Assembly: GCA_019828565.1 (NCBI GenBank)
Contig: JAHDYR010000007.1
Coordinates: forward strand, 1-64,000
Direction of reading: 5' to 3'
Length of the DNA: 64,000 nt
Origin: Carpediemonas membranifera BICM
Taxonomy: Eukaryota > Protista > Fornicata
Shown here: positions 44,555 through 55,963 of the stretch, piece after piece
Numbering within the stretch: position 1 is the first letter of the stretch
Layout of the letters: each line of letters begins with the position of its first letter
Made by a program: the position numbers and the translations under genes
Notes under the pieces: generated by a model
Database searches by the model: none
Told to the model about the DNA's origin: nothing
Seen by the model: only the letters and a program-made list of their open reading frames with translations

Positions 44555-45703
44555 TTGAGCGGCTTTCCATTCGGGATTGGGATGTTTCATTTTGCACCAA
44601 TCTTGGTGCAAATGGTGACGGAACATTTGGGGGAATTGGCGCGGTTGCTGCAGCTAGTAGCTTCTGAGGAATCTGATGATCCTCGAATGCGTTCTCTGCA
44701 GCGCCGTTGTGCAACATTGGGCTCCGACATCCAAAATCTGCGATCGTCACGCGTAGCGCCGGGCAACAGGAGGCGCAAGAGGCTTGTGCGCCGTCCCGTG
44801 TGTCACTCAGAGCCCGCTTCGTCGGTAGACGAGAGCTCGAACGATGACAGCGAAGAAGACGAATCACCGACTTCTTCGGACGATGCCCCGGGGAATGACA
44901 GCTCCCCAACGCTGCCAGACGGCCAGCCCGAAGCCAACCAGCCTGCTGACGTGACTACTACGGTTCGCCAGCTCTCCCACGCCTCAGGAACGGACGTTTC
45001 GGACTTGAACCGGCTGGTCCATCGGCTGTTGGGCGAGCACGCCCATTCGATTGCTCTAACACTCACTCCGCTTATGAATTCTCTCCGTGAACAGCGGTTC
45101 GAGCGTGAGTTCTCCCTCGAAGACGTCGAACGCCAACTTAAGGGTGTTTCTTGTGCGCGTCGCGTGTTGCTCGATCTTCAGGCCTTCATGAAACTTGCCC
45201 AGGCACTACCTGAACTGGACCTGCATCGCGCCGCCACTTGGCACCATGAGATGGACGCTATCCGACGCAAGCTCCCTGGTAGGGGTGACAAGTCCCTCTG
45301 CCACCTCCTGGCCTTAGCCGTCTTCCCGGGAGTCTATGGTTTGCTTCAAGAGGCTTGCTACCGGTCCTCTGATATACCGGAGATGGAGAAGCGATTCCGC
45401 TTGGTCATGCGGGTATTCAAAGCCCATCCACAGTGGGTACCGGTACTCATGACTACGGGCGACGGAGGGCTCCAGTTCACTGATGAGCTCCGTACTTATC
45501 GACTGGAACGAGTTGTTGGCAGTCGCAATGGCCCGGGTGGTCGACTCCTCACGTTGAAATGGGAAGACTACAGGTTTGTGACACGGTCGTACCCGACGCC
45601 GGAGTTGCTAGAATTGCCTGAAGTGGTTGCGCACCTTGCTCGTCACGGGGTTGAACCGCGCAGTACTGGACCTGCCTTCGCTGGTCGGGGCCGCCGACTC
45701 TAA
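44555..45703 (+). CDS. antisense accessory ORF of C (chromodomain-like C-terminus; start uncertain)
   Basis: 382-aa ORF converging on the pol stop; ends YRLERVVGSR...LLTLKWEDY. Confidence 0.75.
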   Translation: MSGFPFGIGMFHFAPILVQMVTEHLGELARLLQLVASEESDDPRMRSLQRRCATLGSDIQNLRSSRVAPGNRRRKRLVRRPVCHSEPASSVDESSNDDSEEDESPTSSDDAPGNDSSPTLPDGQPEANQPADVTTTVRQLSHASGTDVSDLNRLVHRLLGEHAHSIALTLTPLMNSLREQRFEREFSLEDVERQLKGVSCARRVLLDLQAFMKLAQALPELDLHRAATWHHEMDAIRRKLPGRGDKSLCHLLALAVFPGVYGLLQEACYRSSDIPEMEKRFRLVMRVFKAHPQWVPVLMTTGDGGLQFTDELRTYRLERVVGSRNGPGGRLLTLKWEDYRFVTRSYPTPELLELPEVVAHLARHGVEPRSTGPAFAGRGRRL

Positions 45704-45746
45704 CAACTAATCAACAATAAATCAGGCGAGATGAGAATAGGAGGGT

Positions 45747-48700
45747 TTACAACCCTTCCGACTTGGCCTGAGCAGACGACAAGAAGTCATCCAGAGCAGC
45801 AGCGTCTCTAAGGGAGCGGTATGGCTCCCAGGTAGCCTCGGAGTCTTCAAATCCTTGCCAATGGACAAGGTACTCTCTCTTTGAGACCGAGCCCGTGCCA
45901 CGCGACTTGGATATCCGGTCGATATACCACTCCTCCACGCCGGCGGCCGCCACCTGCTTGATCTGTTCCTCTGATAGGGTGCCGGGGACGAACTTTCTGA
46001 CGCGAGACGCATCGACCCGGATGGGTTCCGCTCCGGGCTGACCTAAGTCTTTCACCATGTAGGCTACTACAACACCGCTCTGCTTGACAGACGACACTCG
46101 TCGCATAGGCCCTCTCCAGCCCGGGGAAAGCTTGTTTGGAGGGCGCGAGGGATATTTCACGAGCACAAACCGTGACAAGATCTCCGTGCGGGTGGTGGAG
46201 GCCTTCGCCAACGCGTCTTCGCGCATGGCCAGGACACGTGCCTTGGCCAATTGTGTAGCGGCTTCGGCAGCGAGGAGATGCGACGTACGAGCTGCTGCCG
46301 TGCTGTTCTCGGTAACGTATAACTTCTCCGGCACCGCCATGTTGCTCCCGAACAGTATCTCGGCGGGGGAAAGGCGTGTTGGTTGTCTTGGCATGGAATT
46401 GACAATAAACTGCGCAACCGGTAAATGCTGACGCCAATTGCCGTTTCTGAGCTCAAACTTCCTTGCCTTGAGCACTCTCTCGACCATCTGGTTAGCTCTC
46501 TCAACCATTCCGTTGGACTGAGGGTGATGCGCGGTGGTAACGTGTGTCTCGAATCCCATGTCCTGTGCCAGCTTCTTCATGAGAGCATTATTGAACTCGG
46601 GACCTCCGTCAGACTGCAACACTCGTGGGCAACCGTAACGCAGCACCCATGTGTTGACGAAGGCATCCACGGCATCGCGTGCGGTGGTAGACTTGACGGG
46701 GGCTAGCTCCGTCCACCTGGAACACATGTCTATCATGACTTGGACGTATTTGTAGCCGTCACGCTCCGGGAGCGGACCTAGAGTATCGATTGCCACCCGC
46801 TGGAACGGTGCATCCACAGCCGTGTGTAGACCGTCTGTTTTTTCAACAGGCGGTCTCTCCAAGACCTGGCAGACAGGGCACTTGGCGACGTAGTCGTAAA
46901 CGTCACGGCGAGTAACTGAGACACCGGCTTCCCGCAAACGTTCCATGGTTAACCGTCCGGAGAGGTGGGCGTTACCGAACAGGTGGGCTTTGCTGATCTC
47001 ATCAACTGACGCTAGCGAGAATACGCGCGACAGACCGTCGGCTCCCCCGTTGTCTAAACCGGCCACGTGCTTCAATTCGAAATCTAGGTCTGCAATAGAA
47101 TCGGCCCATCTACGCACCTTAGCGTTACTCGACCTATACATGTACAAGAGGTTGCGATGGTCGGTCAGGAGCTCGAATCTCTCCCAGGACAAGAACTTCC
47201 TCCACTTCTGAAGGGCTGACACAATCGCAAAGGCTTCCTTCTCGCCGACACTCCATCTGGATTGGACGTCTGTGAAGGCTTTGGACATATAACACACGGG
47301 GCGACCCTCCTGCAGGAGGACAGCCCCGTACCCCACGTCGGATGCGTCAGTCATCACGACATGAGGTTTGGTCGCGTCGAACATCGCCAAAGAATCTGCC
47401 GAGCACAAGGCTTCTTTGATATCCGCTAGGGCAGCCTCTAGCTCTTTCTCTGGCACGGCCGTACGGTTAGTCGTTGCAGACACGAGTGGTTTGGCGCGGG
47501 TCGCGTAGTTCGGTACGAAGTCGCGGAAGTAGTTAAAGAATCCGACTAGACCCTGCATCCCCTTGACTGTAGGCGACAGCTTCATGTCTTGGATATCGTT
47601 GACTCTCTCTGGTGAGATCCTGACTGACCCCTCGGAAATGATCCAGCCGAGGAACTCCACCTCGGCCCGACCGAACTGACACTTGTCCCTTCCGAGCTGG
47701 AGCTTGTACTCACGGGCGCGCTGGAGGACCTTCCTCAGGTTCTCGATGTATTCCTCTGGCGTGGCACCCATGACGATCACGTCGTCGATGTAAATGATGC
47801 AGGCGGTCCCAAGTAGCCCTCTGAACGCGTTTTCCATCGCTCTCTGAAAGAAAGCACCGGCATTGCGAAGCCCAAAGGGCATCCGTGTATATTGGAACTG
47901 GCCGAAGGTAGTCCTGAACGCGGTATACTTCCGGCAACGCTCAGTAAGGGCGATCTGGTGGTAGCCGGCAGACAGATCGAGCGTTGCGAACACTCGCTTA
48001 CCCGAAAGTTGTGTGATAACTTCGTCAATTCGAGGGATGGGGTAATCAAATGGCTCTGTCATGGTGTTGACTTCACGAAAGTCGACGACAAAGCGAGTCT
48101 TGCCACCCTTCTTGGGTACGATGATAGTTGGGCTGGAATAGGCCGATTGACACGCCTGTATATACCTCTTGGCCAGAAGGGTATCGATGTGTTCCTTGAC
48201 AACCGGGACCTTTGGGGGCGGAACATAGTAGGGACGTACGTGGACGACTCGATCGCCCTTGAGGCATAGGTCGTAGGGCTCGAGCTTGCTCGGTTCAGTA
48301 CGGTCACGGAAGAGGTCTTCGTACTCCTTGAGCAGCTTGATCTGCTGGCTCGCGATACCATCGGGGAGGGTAAGAGCCTTAGCTTCAAACTTGCTCGGGA
48401 CGGGAGGATCGTCAGTTGCTTCGCTCTCCGAGTTGCTAGGCTGGGCCATTGAGGGCAGCAGTCCGATCTCTACCATCTGGCTGTAACCAAAACTGACTTC
48501 GTACGCAGTTTTGAGAACGAAAGCGCGGATCTTCAGCTCGCAGCCACGTGGCGTGAAGGGAGATGGCCTCAACGTGATCTGCACCGATACGGTGCCTTCA
48601 GCTTCTCGTATTCCACCTGCCGTTTGGATGCGTACAGTATCGTGGTTGATCCTGGTAACGGCTGGCGAGGAGCACAGATCGGGAGATATCGTGGCACAGT

Positions 48701-49787
48701 CAGCACCAGAGTCTAGTAAGACCTTCACTTCGGCCTTCTCGATGACTCCATTGACTACAGGCAACGACCCTCCACCTGACGCAGCGGAAAATAAACACTT
48801 CGCCCCGTTTACTGGGGACTTAAAACGGCAGAACTTCTCGAGGTGACCCTGCTTCTTGCAAACCGGGCATGTGGCACGATCCCGCGGGCACTTGAAGGAT
48901 GGATGGCCCGTCTCGCCGCAGTTGTAGCACACCAGCTCGCGCTTGCCCTCTCCTCGTTGGTTCGGGGCTCTTGCGGCTGGCTTATCCTGATGATGAGGCT
49001 TGGCGATTGGCTTGGGGGCGGGATGGGTGGGTTCGTGGTGAAGACCGCGATGGGGTTTGCCCGACTTAGCCTTGGTTGACGACTGCTTGTCGGTCATTCC
49101 GATGGAACGCAGCATGGCACGGGATTCCTCGATATCGCGAGCGATATCAATCACCCGCGGCATAGCCTGTTCGAGGGAGAAGCCTTCGGTGAGATCCTTA
49201 ACCTTGTACTGAACGCGCGAATTATCGGGTAGCTTAAAGCAACGCGCGTAGGTGTCGCAGAGGATCTCAGAGTCTACCCCGGGATCAACAAGGGAGAGGA
49301 GGGTTCTGAACCGTCGGTTCACTCGAACCACCTCCTGCGGAGTAAAGGACGAGATGGAGAGACGGAACAAGTCGAGACGGGCAGAAAAACGGGACGGTTG
49401 CAGTGCTCTACCGAGCCGCTTGAGGACGCGGTCGTCTTTAGCGAGACGCTTGGCCTTGCGTTTACGCTTGTGCGTCTTTCGGACAGCTGCGGTTAGGATG
49501 AGGGACTGCTGGAGGGGTTGCTCGTCGTCTTTAGGCGTTCCGGCTACTAGTGAACCTTCATCGTTCACGGGGACAGAGGCCTCAGCCGAGGGGATGGCTT
49601 CAGAGGCCTTGGCGAAGAGGTTAAAGCCGAGAGCGTCAGCGTACCGTTGGACTTCGGTGTCAATCATGTCGGCAACGTCGGCATCACCGCCTTTGGCTCG
49701 GTACTCGGACAAATCCTCGGCGAATCGGACTAATGACTCAATGGTCGTCTTCTTTAGCATAGGCATATTGTTATAGAGCGTCATCAA
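45747..49787 (-). CDS. intact gag-pol polyprotein of C
   Basis: 1346 aa; two CCHC knuckles, LDSGA, YIDD, RNase H, integrase, chromodomain. Confidence 0.96.
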   Translation of the reverse strand: MMTLYNNMPMLKKTTIESLVRFAEDLSEYRAKGGDADVADMIDTEVQRYADALGFNLFAKASEAIPSAEASVPVNDEGSLVAGTPKDDEQPLQQSLILTAAVRKTHKRKRKAKRLAKDDRVLKRLGRALQPSRFSARLDLFRLSISSFTPQEVVRVNRRFRTLLSLVDPGVDSEILCDTYARCFKLPDNSRVQYKVKDLTEGFSLEQAMPRVIDIARDIEESRAMLRSIGMTDKQSSTKAKSGKPHRGLHHEPTHPAPKPIAKPHHQDKPAARAPNQRGEGKRELVCYNCGETGHPSFKCPRDRATCPVCKKQGHLEKFCRFKSPVNGAKCLFSAASGGGSLPVVNGVIEKAEVKVLLDSGADCATISPDLCSSPAVTRINHDTVRIQTAGGIREAEGTVSVQITLRPSPFTPRGCELKIRAFVLKTAYEVSFGYSQMVEIGLLPSMAQPSNSESEATDDPPVPSKFEAKALTLPDGIASQQIKLLKEYEDLFRDRTEPSKLEPYDLCLKGDRVVHVRPYYVPPPKVPVVKEHIDTLLAKRYIQACQSAYSSPTIIVPKKGGKTRFVVDFREVNTMTEPFDYPIPRIDEVITQLSGKRVFATLDLSAGYHQIALTERCRKYTAFRTTFGQFQYTRMPFGLRNAGAFFQRAMENAFRGLLGTACIIYIDDVIVMGATPEEYIENLRKVLQRAREYKLQLGRDKCQFGRAEVEFLGWIISEGSVRISPERVNDIQDMKLSPTVKGMQGLVGFFNYFRDFVPNYATRAKPLVSATTNRTAVPEKELEAALADIKEALCSADSLAMFDATKPHVVMTDASDVGYGAVLLQEGRPVCYMSKAFTDVQSRWSVGEKEAFAIVSALQKWRKFLSWERFELLTDHRNLLYMYRSSNAKVRRWADSIADLDFELKHVAGLDNGGADGLSRVFSLASVDEISKAHLFGNAHLSGRLTMERLREAGVSVTRRDVYDYVAKCPVCQVLERPPVEKTDGLHTAVDAPFQRVAIDTLGPLPERDGYKYVQVMIDMCSRWTELAPVKSTTARDAVDAFVNTWVLRYGCPRVLQSDGGPEFNNALMKKLAQDMGFETHVTTAHHPQSNGMVERANQMVERVLKARKFELRNGNWRQHLPVAQFIVNSMPRQPTRLSPAEILFGSNMAVPEKLYVTENSTAAARTSHLLAAEAATQLAKARVLAMREDALAKASTTRTEILSRFVLVKYPSRPPNKLSPGWRGPMRRVSSVKQSGVVVAYMVKDLGQPGAEPIRVDASRVRKFVPGTLSEEQIKQVAAAGVEEWYIDRISKSRGTGSVSKREYLVHWQGFEDSEATWEPYRSLRDAAALDDFLSSAQAKSEGL

Positions 49788-49933
49788 AACGTGGAATACT
49801 AGTATTGTGGTTCGTTTGACGAACTATGTTTACAGAGGAGAAGACTCGACACAATGGTGTCGAGGAGAAACTCCTTGACTAACTAATATCATATATAAAT
49901 CTGTGTAATCTTGGGTGAGACCCATGACAGGAC

Positions 49934-51459
49934 TACGACTACTGCAGAGACGCGTTCACAGCGAACTGGACAGAGTGCCGGTCAGTGGCGGTCCCCCCGG
50001 TGGCCATGCTCGACCGAGTGGCCGAACGACTGGAGGCAATCGTAGACCAACGAGAAGAGAGACATCCCAGTCAACAACAGTCAGGAATCCTAGTTATCGC
50101 CCCAGTCAGGCAGACGAACATCGACTTGCGCCTTATCCGAGTCGCACAGGAGACAGTCAACGCATCGCTACCAGCCCACTGGTGGGCAGACACGGAGTTG
50201 GCGGTACTGTTCGAGGGCAAGACACACATTCCCTTCAGGGCGTACTGGGTCCCGGTGATGACGTCAGCCTCGGAATCTTCCTATCAGCATCAGCAGTGCA
50301 AGCGCGACACCGAGCACTAAGAGCCGCAGGCGTGACACCCGACAGAACCAGAACGCAGATAATATGGTCCCGGGCTAGCCGTCCTAAGAACGAGGACGTC
50401 GAGAGAAAGGTCGCGTCCAGCCCGCTCCTGCTCCGCCTCGAGAAGGTGACGCGTGATCGAATTGCAACAGAGACCGCAAAGTTCACATTCTTCCGCAACA
50501 TGACCAGAGAACCAGATGACTCGGACTTCGAGGCCTACCTCGGACAAAATGACGACCCGGCACCAACCCCACGGGAAGCTGCATGGGAGATCGTACGACA
50601 AGCCCACGAGAAAATCCATGACCAGAAGTGGGTGCAAGAGTTCGAGGAGGTGGAAATCGCGGGGGATGATGACGACACACTGCTATGGTTCATTATAGGG
50701 GAGGTGCCCTTCCTCGCCAAAGACTCACTGCTAACGAAGGAGGCAAACATCAGAGATGGAATGACCGCATTGGGCGAACCCATAGAACGCCCACCACTCC
50801 ACCGGGCCCTGATCAAGGCTTGTGGCAGATTGGCTGGAAGGTGCCCAACGTCAAGCCAGCGTCGAACAGGGAAAGCATGGCCAATAGCCAGGGAGACCCT
50901 GTCACAGGCCGCGGTGCAAGCAGGCAAGAGCGCCACACCAGCATTGACTCAAGCAATAGCTTTCGGGCTGGTCGGGTTCGCGACAATATCTCGGTCGGGG
51001 GAGATACGGGGGCTCTCAACATCAGACGTCGAACGACACGGCAGGGACATCACCATCACCATACGACGCTCCAAGACATCGGATGAACCCATGCTAAAGC
51101 TGGTCCCTAACGTCCCCGGAGACGACAACCCGGCAGACTGGCTTGCGAGACATATGGAAAACCTCCCAGATGAAGGACCCCTGTGGCGCTCATTCGAGGC
51201 CAGGGACGCGCTGATCAAGGACAACAGGTCCTCCCTGATGAACAGAGACCACCCTTGGAGAAGATGGGAGATGTCCATGGACCTAGAGGAGGTGCTGCGC
51301 GCGTCGGGCCACTCATTCCGGAGAGGAGGCGCAGTCCACATGATGAAGCTAGGTGTAGCCCCAGCAGTGATCCAAGCAATCGGGGGCTGGAAACAGCTCG
51401 ACTCGATGCAGACCTACGTCAGTGAAGCCGTGCGCCTCTCCACGAGCGCTTGGGTGTAG
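49934..51459 (+). CDS. tyrosine recombinase of E (C-terminal part of a long frame)
   Basis: SRSGE, RSKT, GHSFRRGGA, IGGW, QTYV. Confidence 0.9.
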
Positions 51460-52180
51460 AAGGACGAGAAAGACGGATAATACATAGAATATGATTGCAT
51501 AAGGCCCCATTAGACTGTACAATAGGCCATGTAAGAGTTAAAGATATGATAGAGAGCAGAAGAGAAGGCGGGAGAAAGGAGAAACCGCAGCAGATTGTCA
51601 CTAATGGTTAATAAGATCGATATATCGAAGACTATCGAAGAATTGGCCGGAGAGAGTGAGAAAATGCCGGCGAATGGAAATGGCCAAAACCGCGCACAAA
51701 GAATGACTATCAGGCTGTGAAAATATGTGCCTGAGAGATGGGCATCAATGGCATGCTTGGAGGCACAGGAGACCAGAGAAATAATTTCTGAAGAGAAAAT
51801 TTTTATTATATGATGGCGGGATACATCAATTGGAGACTTCGACCGTAGTCGACTGCAAGTCGGCATACCGTCGTAGACGCGATGCGTAAGTACGCCTCGG
51901 GGCGTGGTACAGGCCCAGATGGACTACCGGCCATCTGGTACAAATATTCGAGAGAGATCGAATATTGACCAAATATTCGAATCAAATCTACGGTCCAGTT
52001 CAGACCAATTTTACCAAGGGGTTAAAACCCCATTCCCCGGTAGTTCCGAGAAGATGGGCGACGCACAGCCCCCCGTGACACTGGAGAGCCTGGAGGTCAG
52101 AGCATGTTTCCCATCAATCTCGGGTATAAATTTGATTAGATCAAATTGGAGACTTCGACCGTAGTCGACTGCAAGTCGGG

Positions 52181-52802
52181 CAAGGCCAGCGGAGCCAACA
52201 CTTCGGCGCGAGAGGTCGAGGATGATTCGATACGGTCTGACTTGGCAGACGCCTCGGCTGTCTAGCCAAACCTAACGGGGCCATCCCGGACGCTGCCGAA
52301 ACGGTTGTAATCTTTATCTGTGTGGCTTCACGCCACCCAGCCGAACGCTTGTCCAACTGGGGTTCGCCTCTCCGTGGGGCAGGCTCTGCGGCCTTGGCAG
52401 GGCAGTGCAACTTCTGACGTCCCTGGTCCTGGCGCACGAATGCTGTGCGTCTTCTGCCGCGTGTTATCCGACTTGCCCTCATGGGCGTGGCTCTCCTTGG
52501 GCCGGTCGGGCGGCATATATTTATGAGGTCACCCCTGTGCTCAGCGTGCGCAGGTTGTCGGTGATGAGTGCTCGGTCCACGGGCTCGTATGGCATAGTCA
52601 TGAGGGCCGTCGCCTCCACCCGGATTGTGTCCTCCACATATCTGATGAGCGACTTTCTTGTGGCCCACGTGCCGAGGGCTGCAACGACCGGGACCGGCAC
52701 CCCGGACAGGTCGGCTGCACCTCCTCTGCGCAGTCCGTGTGGGGTCGAGTCGAACAGGCGCACAGTTCTATTCATGGTGGCCCTCCAAGGAAGCATCAGC
52801 AC
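52181..52802 (-). mobile_element. 3' fragment of another YR retrotransposon (F)
   Basis: ORF 52521-52802 PHGLRRGGA...LGTW...RYV; boundaries approximate. Confidence 0.75.
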
Positions 52803-55800
52803 ACCAGGGAGTATGGGGCTGTGAAGACCTCGCAGCCAGCCTCAGGAGTTATGAGAAGTACATTGTCAACCTCAGGGTACCGAAGAACAGCGACAGGGCA
52901 TTCATTGGCGCCACGTTCATCCCCAGAGACTGGGGCCTCATCAGGGTCCGTGAAGCAGGGACAGTGCTGACGCGCATGCGGAAAGGGAAGGACAACGACC
53001 TCAAGTCGGCTGTCGTCCCGGAGGAACGCAAGGCCATAGTCGGCAGACTCCCGCCTAGGGACTACAGCCCGCTCATTCAGGGACTGGACGAGAAGTCATA
53101 CAAAGTCAGATACGTGAACACAAGGCTTAACGAGGCGGCAGCCATGATAGAGACCAGGATGAGGGGCAGACACATAGTGGCGCCCAGAGACAGGGACGAC
53201 AGAGCAGACCGCTATCGGGACGACAGAGAACAGGACCGACAGAGAAACAGAGGCTCCGAGCGGGGGGAGGCTAGAGGCTACGACCGCCGGAACAACGATC
53301 ATGACAATCGCCGGGGCGATAGGGACTACGACCGCCGCGATGACAGAGCCGGCCACAGCGAGACGGAACTCCTCGACATGTGCTTGGTTTGGCCTTGAAG
53401 GGAACTTTCCAATTAATGGATGAGAACTGATTTACTCCTGGAAACCGCAGTGGTGAAAATGGTCAAAACCAAAACCTTAAACTGCGCCTCACCACAGACA
53501 GGGACGCATTTGGCCCGGACAGCTGGTCCACCACCGGGAGTGGCAGGGGTAGCAACAGGGACAGCACGACTTCCAAAGGCTTCAAGCGGAAGGACGGCGG
53601 CCGGAGCAACGAGAACGGCCTAGCAGACCCAGCAGATGGCAAGCGAAGCAGGGAAGATGAGGACCAGGACCAGATGTCTGGAAGCAGACAGGCGTCCGAC
53701 TGGGAATCGGACAGACTCCGCCTTCAGAAGCAGTTAGCTGAGGCTCAGCAGACGATCTCCAAACTCAAGGCAGCCCAGATAGCCGCACAGAAGCAGGGAC
53801 CGGCAACCAGCAGTGAGGCCTCGACAGTGGCCCCAGGGCCCGGAGGGGAGAAGACGATCACCATGGTGCCGAAGCGGAAGAAGAAGGCCAAGGCCAAGAA
53901 GCAAAGGATGGCCACCCAACCCAACCCGATGATGGACGCCATGGCCCAGTTCATGAACATGATGGCGAGCATCCAGAGCCAGATGGGCCTACAGGAACAG
54001 GGTACAGGCGACAGTGACAGTGATAGCCAAATGGAGAGCGAGTAATCAGGGTAAAGCAGTATTCTTTCAGTGACAGGTAACAGTTGTTTTTCTTCTATAA
54101 TAATAAGCCCTGGCTCCCACCCAGGGCCTGGCATTAGTTTATGGACACTGCCAGTAGGCTGCGACGGCGGCCAAAGGGGGGGTCACGCCATTGCGCCCCC
54201 TCCTAAATGCGCCTGCCTGACGATGGAAGGTCACCAGGAATTGCGGAAGCTGGCCTACCCAGGGACACCGAGGCCGGCACTGAGGGGCCCAGGGTAGGAC
54301 AGGGACTTACACAGACAAAATTTTCCGAAATTCGCAGAATAAGGGGAACGGAGTACAGCAAATGGAAACATTCAGAATAGTCAGTATGAACACGCAGGGA
54401 CACATCGGACGCGGAAAAGACTTCACAGCGTCAATAGCTACCGCACTACAAACAAGACTAGGAGATATCGAAGCCATATGCATACAGGAGACCTGGAGAA
54501 CGGCAAACACAAGAGTACACCACTTCATCGACTTTGACTATGCGCTAGCAGGGAAAGAAACAGAGGAAGAACTGGCAACAAGGAACGAAAAGCGGAAGAA
54601 GGATGTCCTAAGTCAACACAGCATTAACAGACAGATAGGTATAGCAGGGAACGATGAGCCGACGCCCAAATGGCGGGGGACCAGGGAAGGCATAGGAACA
54701 ATCGTCAGCCCGCATGCAAAGGGGGCATGGGACGTAGGCATAACGGACAGCCTGTCGGGAAGAATCCAAGCGAGCGTTATGCGGACACAAAGGGACATAC
54801 TCATAATCAACGTTTACGGCCCACCATCGGATCATAGGAAGGAGGAGAAAGACATGTTCAGGGACAACGTGCTGGAGATACTAAAAATGAAAGGGAGCAT
54901 GGAGGCTATCATCATTGGAGACTGGAACATGAGCCCGGATCAGTTAGCTACAGGGGCCAGATGGAGGGACATGATGAGGAGACACGGGCTAAGGGCTATC
55001 AAACCAGGGACAAGCACCCTCACGACAGGAACAACGACACCGGACTTCGCGGCGGTCACAGCAGGAATCAGGGGAGCAAGGATAGAAGTCCTAGATTCTA
55101 CCGAGCTTGGCGTATGGGGGTCGGCCCATAACGGTATCAGACTAGAATGGGAAGAAGCAGGGACCGATGGGAACACAACCTACGAGGAAGACCTAACAAT
55201 GCCGGGCACTCACACATGGAGAATGAGGAAAAGTGGTCCAAAGACCACCATACCCATCCTGAATAGAGAGAAGAGCATCGACCAGTGGGAGGAGTCCATC
55301 AGGGCACACATAGGTACCCCAGCAAGCAAAGGGAAGGACAGGGAGAGAGAGAAAGTGTTCAAACCGAGCGTATGGAGTGACCTAGCCCGAACCCCGTGGA
55401 CGGAAGCAGGAAACAGGGACAGGGAGCGGACAATGAAAGCCGAACTTGCAAGATTCTGGGAGGCACGCAGGGAGACATGGATACAGGACCTCAGCAGGAG
55501 CACGAAGGAAGGTTACAGGGCATCAAGATCAGTAGTCGAGGCGGCGGTAAGGCGATGGTGGTGCGACAACCAGTACAAAGGTATGCCGGGCAGCCTACTG
55601 AAAGATGGAACAATCACCACAGATAAGGCTACGATCAGTGAGATCCTACTAAAACAATACGCAAAGGTAAGCAGGGGAAGGGAACCGCAATGGAAAACAT
55701 GGCGGGGCAGGGGAGACAGCGAATTCAAGGAAGATGAGGTCAGGGCGGCGATCAGGAGAATCAAGAGGGACACAGCGCCAGGACCCGAGCACACAACTGG

Positions 55801-55963
55801 AGACATGCTCAGGGACCTCGACGGCAAAGGGCTCAGGGAAATCGCCAGGTTTATGAATAGAATATACAAGGAAGGTAGGGTACCAACGACGTGGAAGTAT
55901 GCCACCGTTTCAGCCATCCACAAGACAGGGAAGCCCAGGGTTAAGCCCGAATCGTATAGGCCA
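52803..55963 (+). mobile_element. LINE 5' part (ORF1 pieces and ORF2 start), 3'-truncated
   Basis: RD-rich/basic ORFs 52803-54045 precede ORF2; 55560-55960 is homologous to the LINE at 8460-8869; boundaries approximate. Confidence 0.8.
54362..55963 (+). pseudogene. LINE ORF2: APE endonuclease and start of RT
   Basis: SMNTQG, CIQET, INVYGP, IGDWN, SAH, APGP, SYRP; breaks into Gypsy sequence. Confidence 0.9.

Larger units (their letters stand above)
43894..49929 (-). mobile_element. complete Gypsy chromodomain element C (6036 bp), relative of B
   Basis: identical 124-bp LTRs 43894-44017 and 49806-49929; TSD GGAC; PPT CATGGAGGGGCAG. Confidence 0.97.
41496..52179 (+). mobile_element. YR retrotransposon E (PAT-like split direct repeats), interrupted by Gypsy C
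   Basis: A1 41496-41729 = A2 51863-52096 (234 bp); B1 51828-51863 = B2 52144-52179; ORF1, RT-RH-MT-like, YR. Confidence 0.9.

Noticed and set aside
54100-54310. Possible ribozyme or IRES in the LINE ORF1-ORF2 spacer
   Set aside because: GC-rich and pairable, but I could not build a convincing HDV or hammerhead fold by eye.
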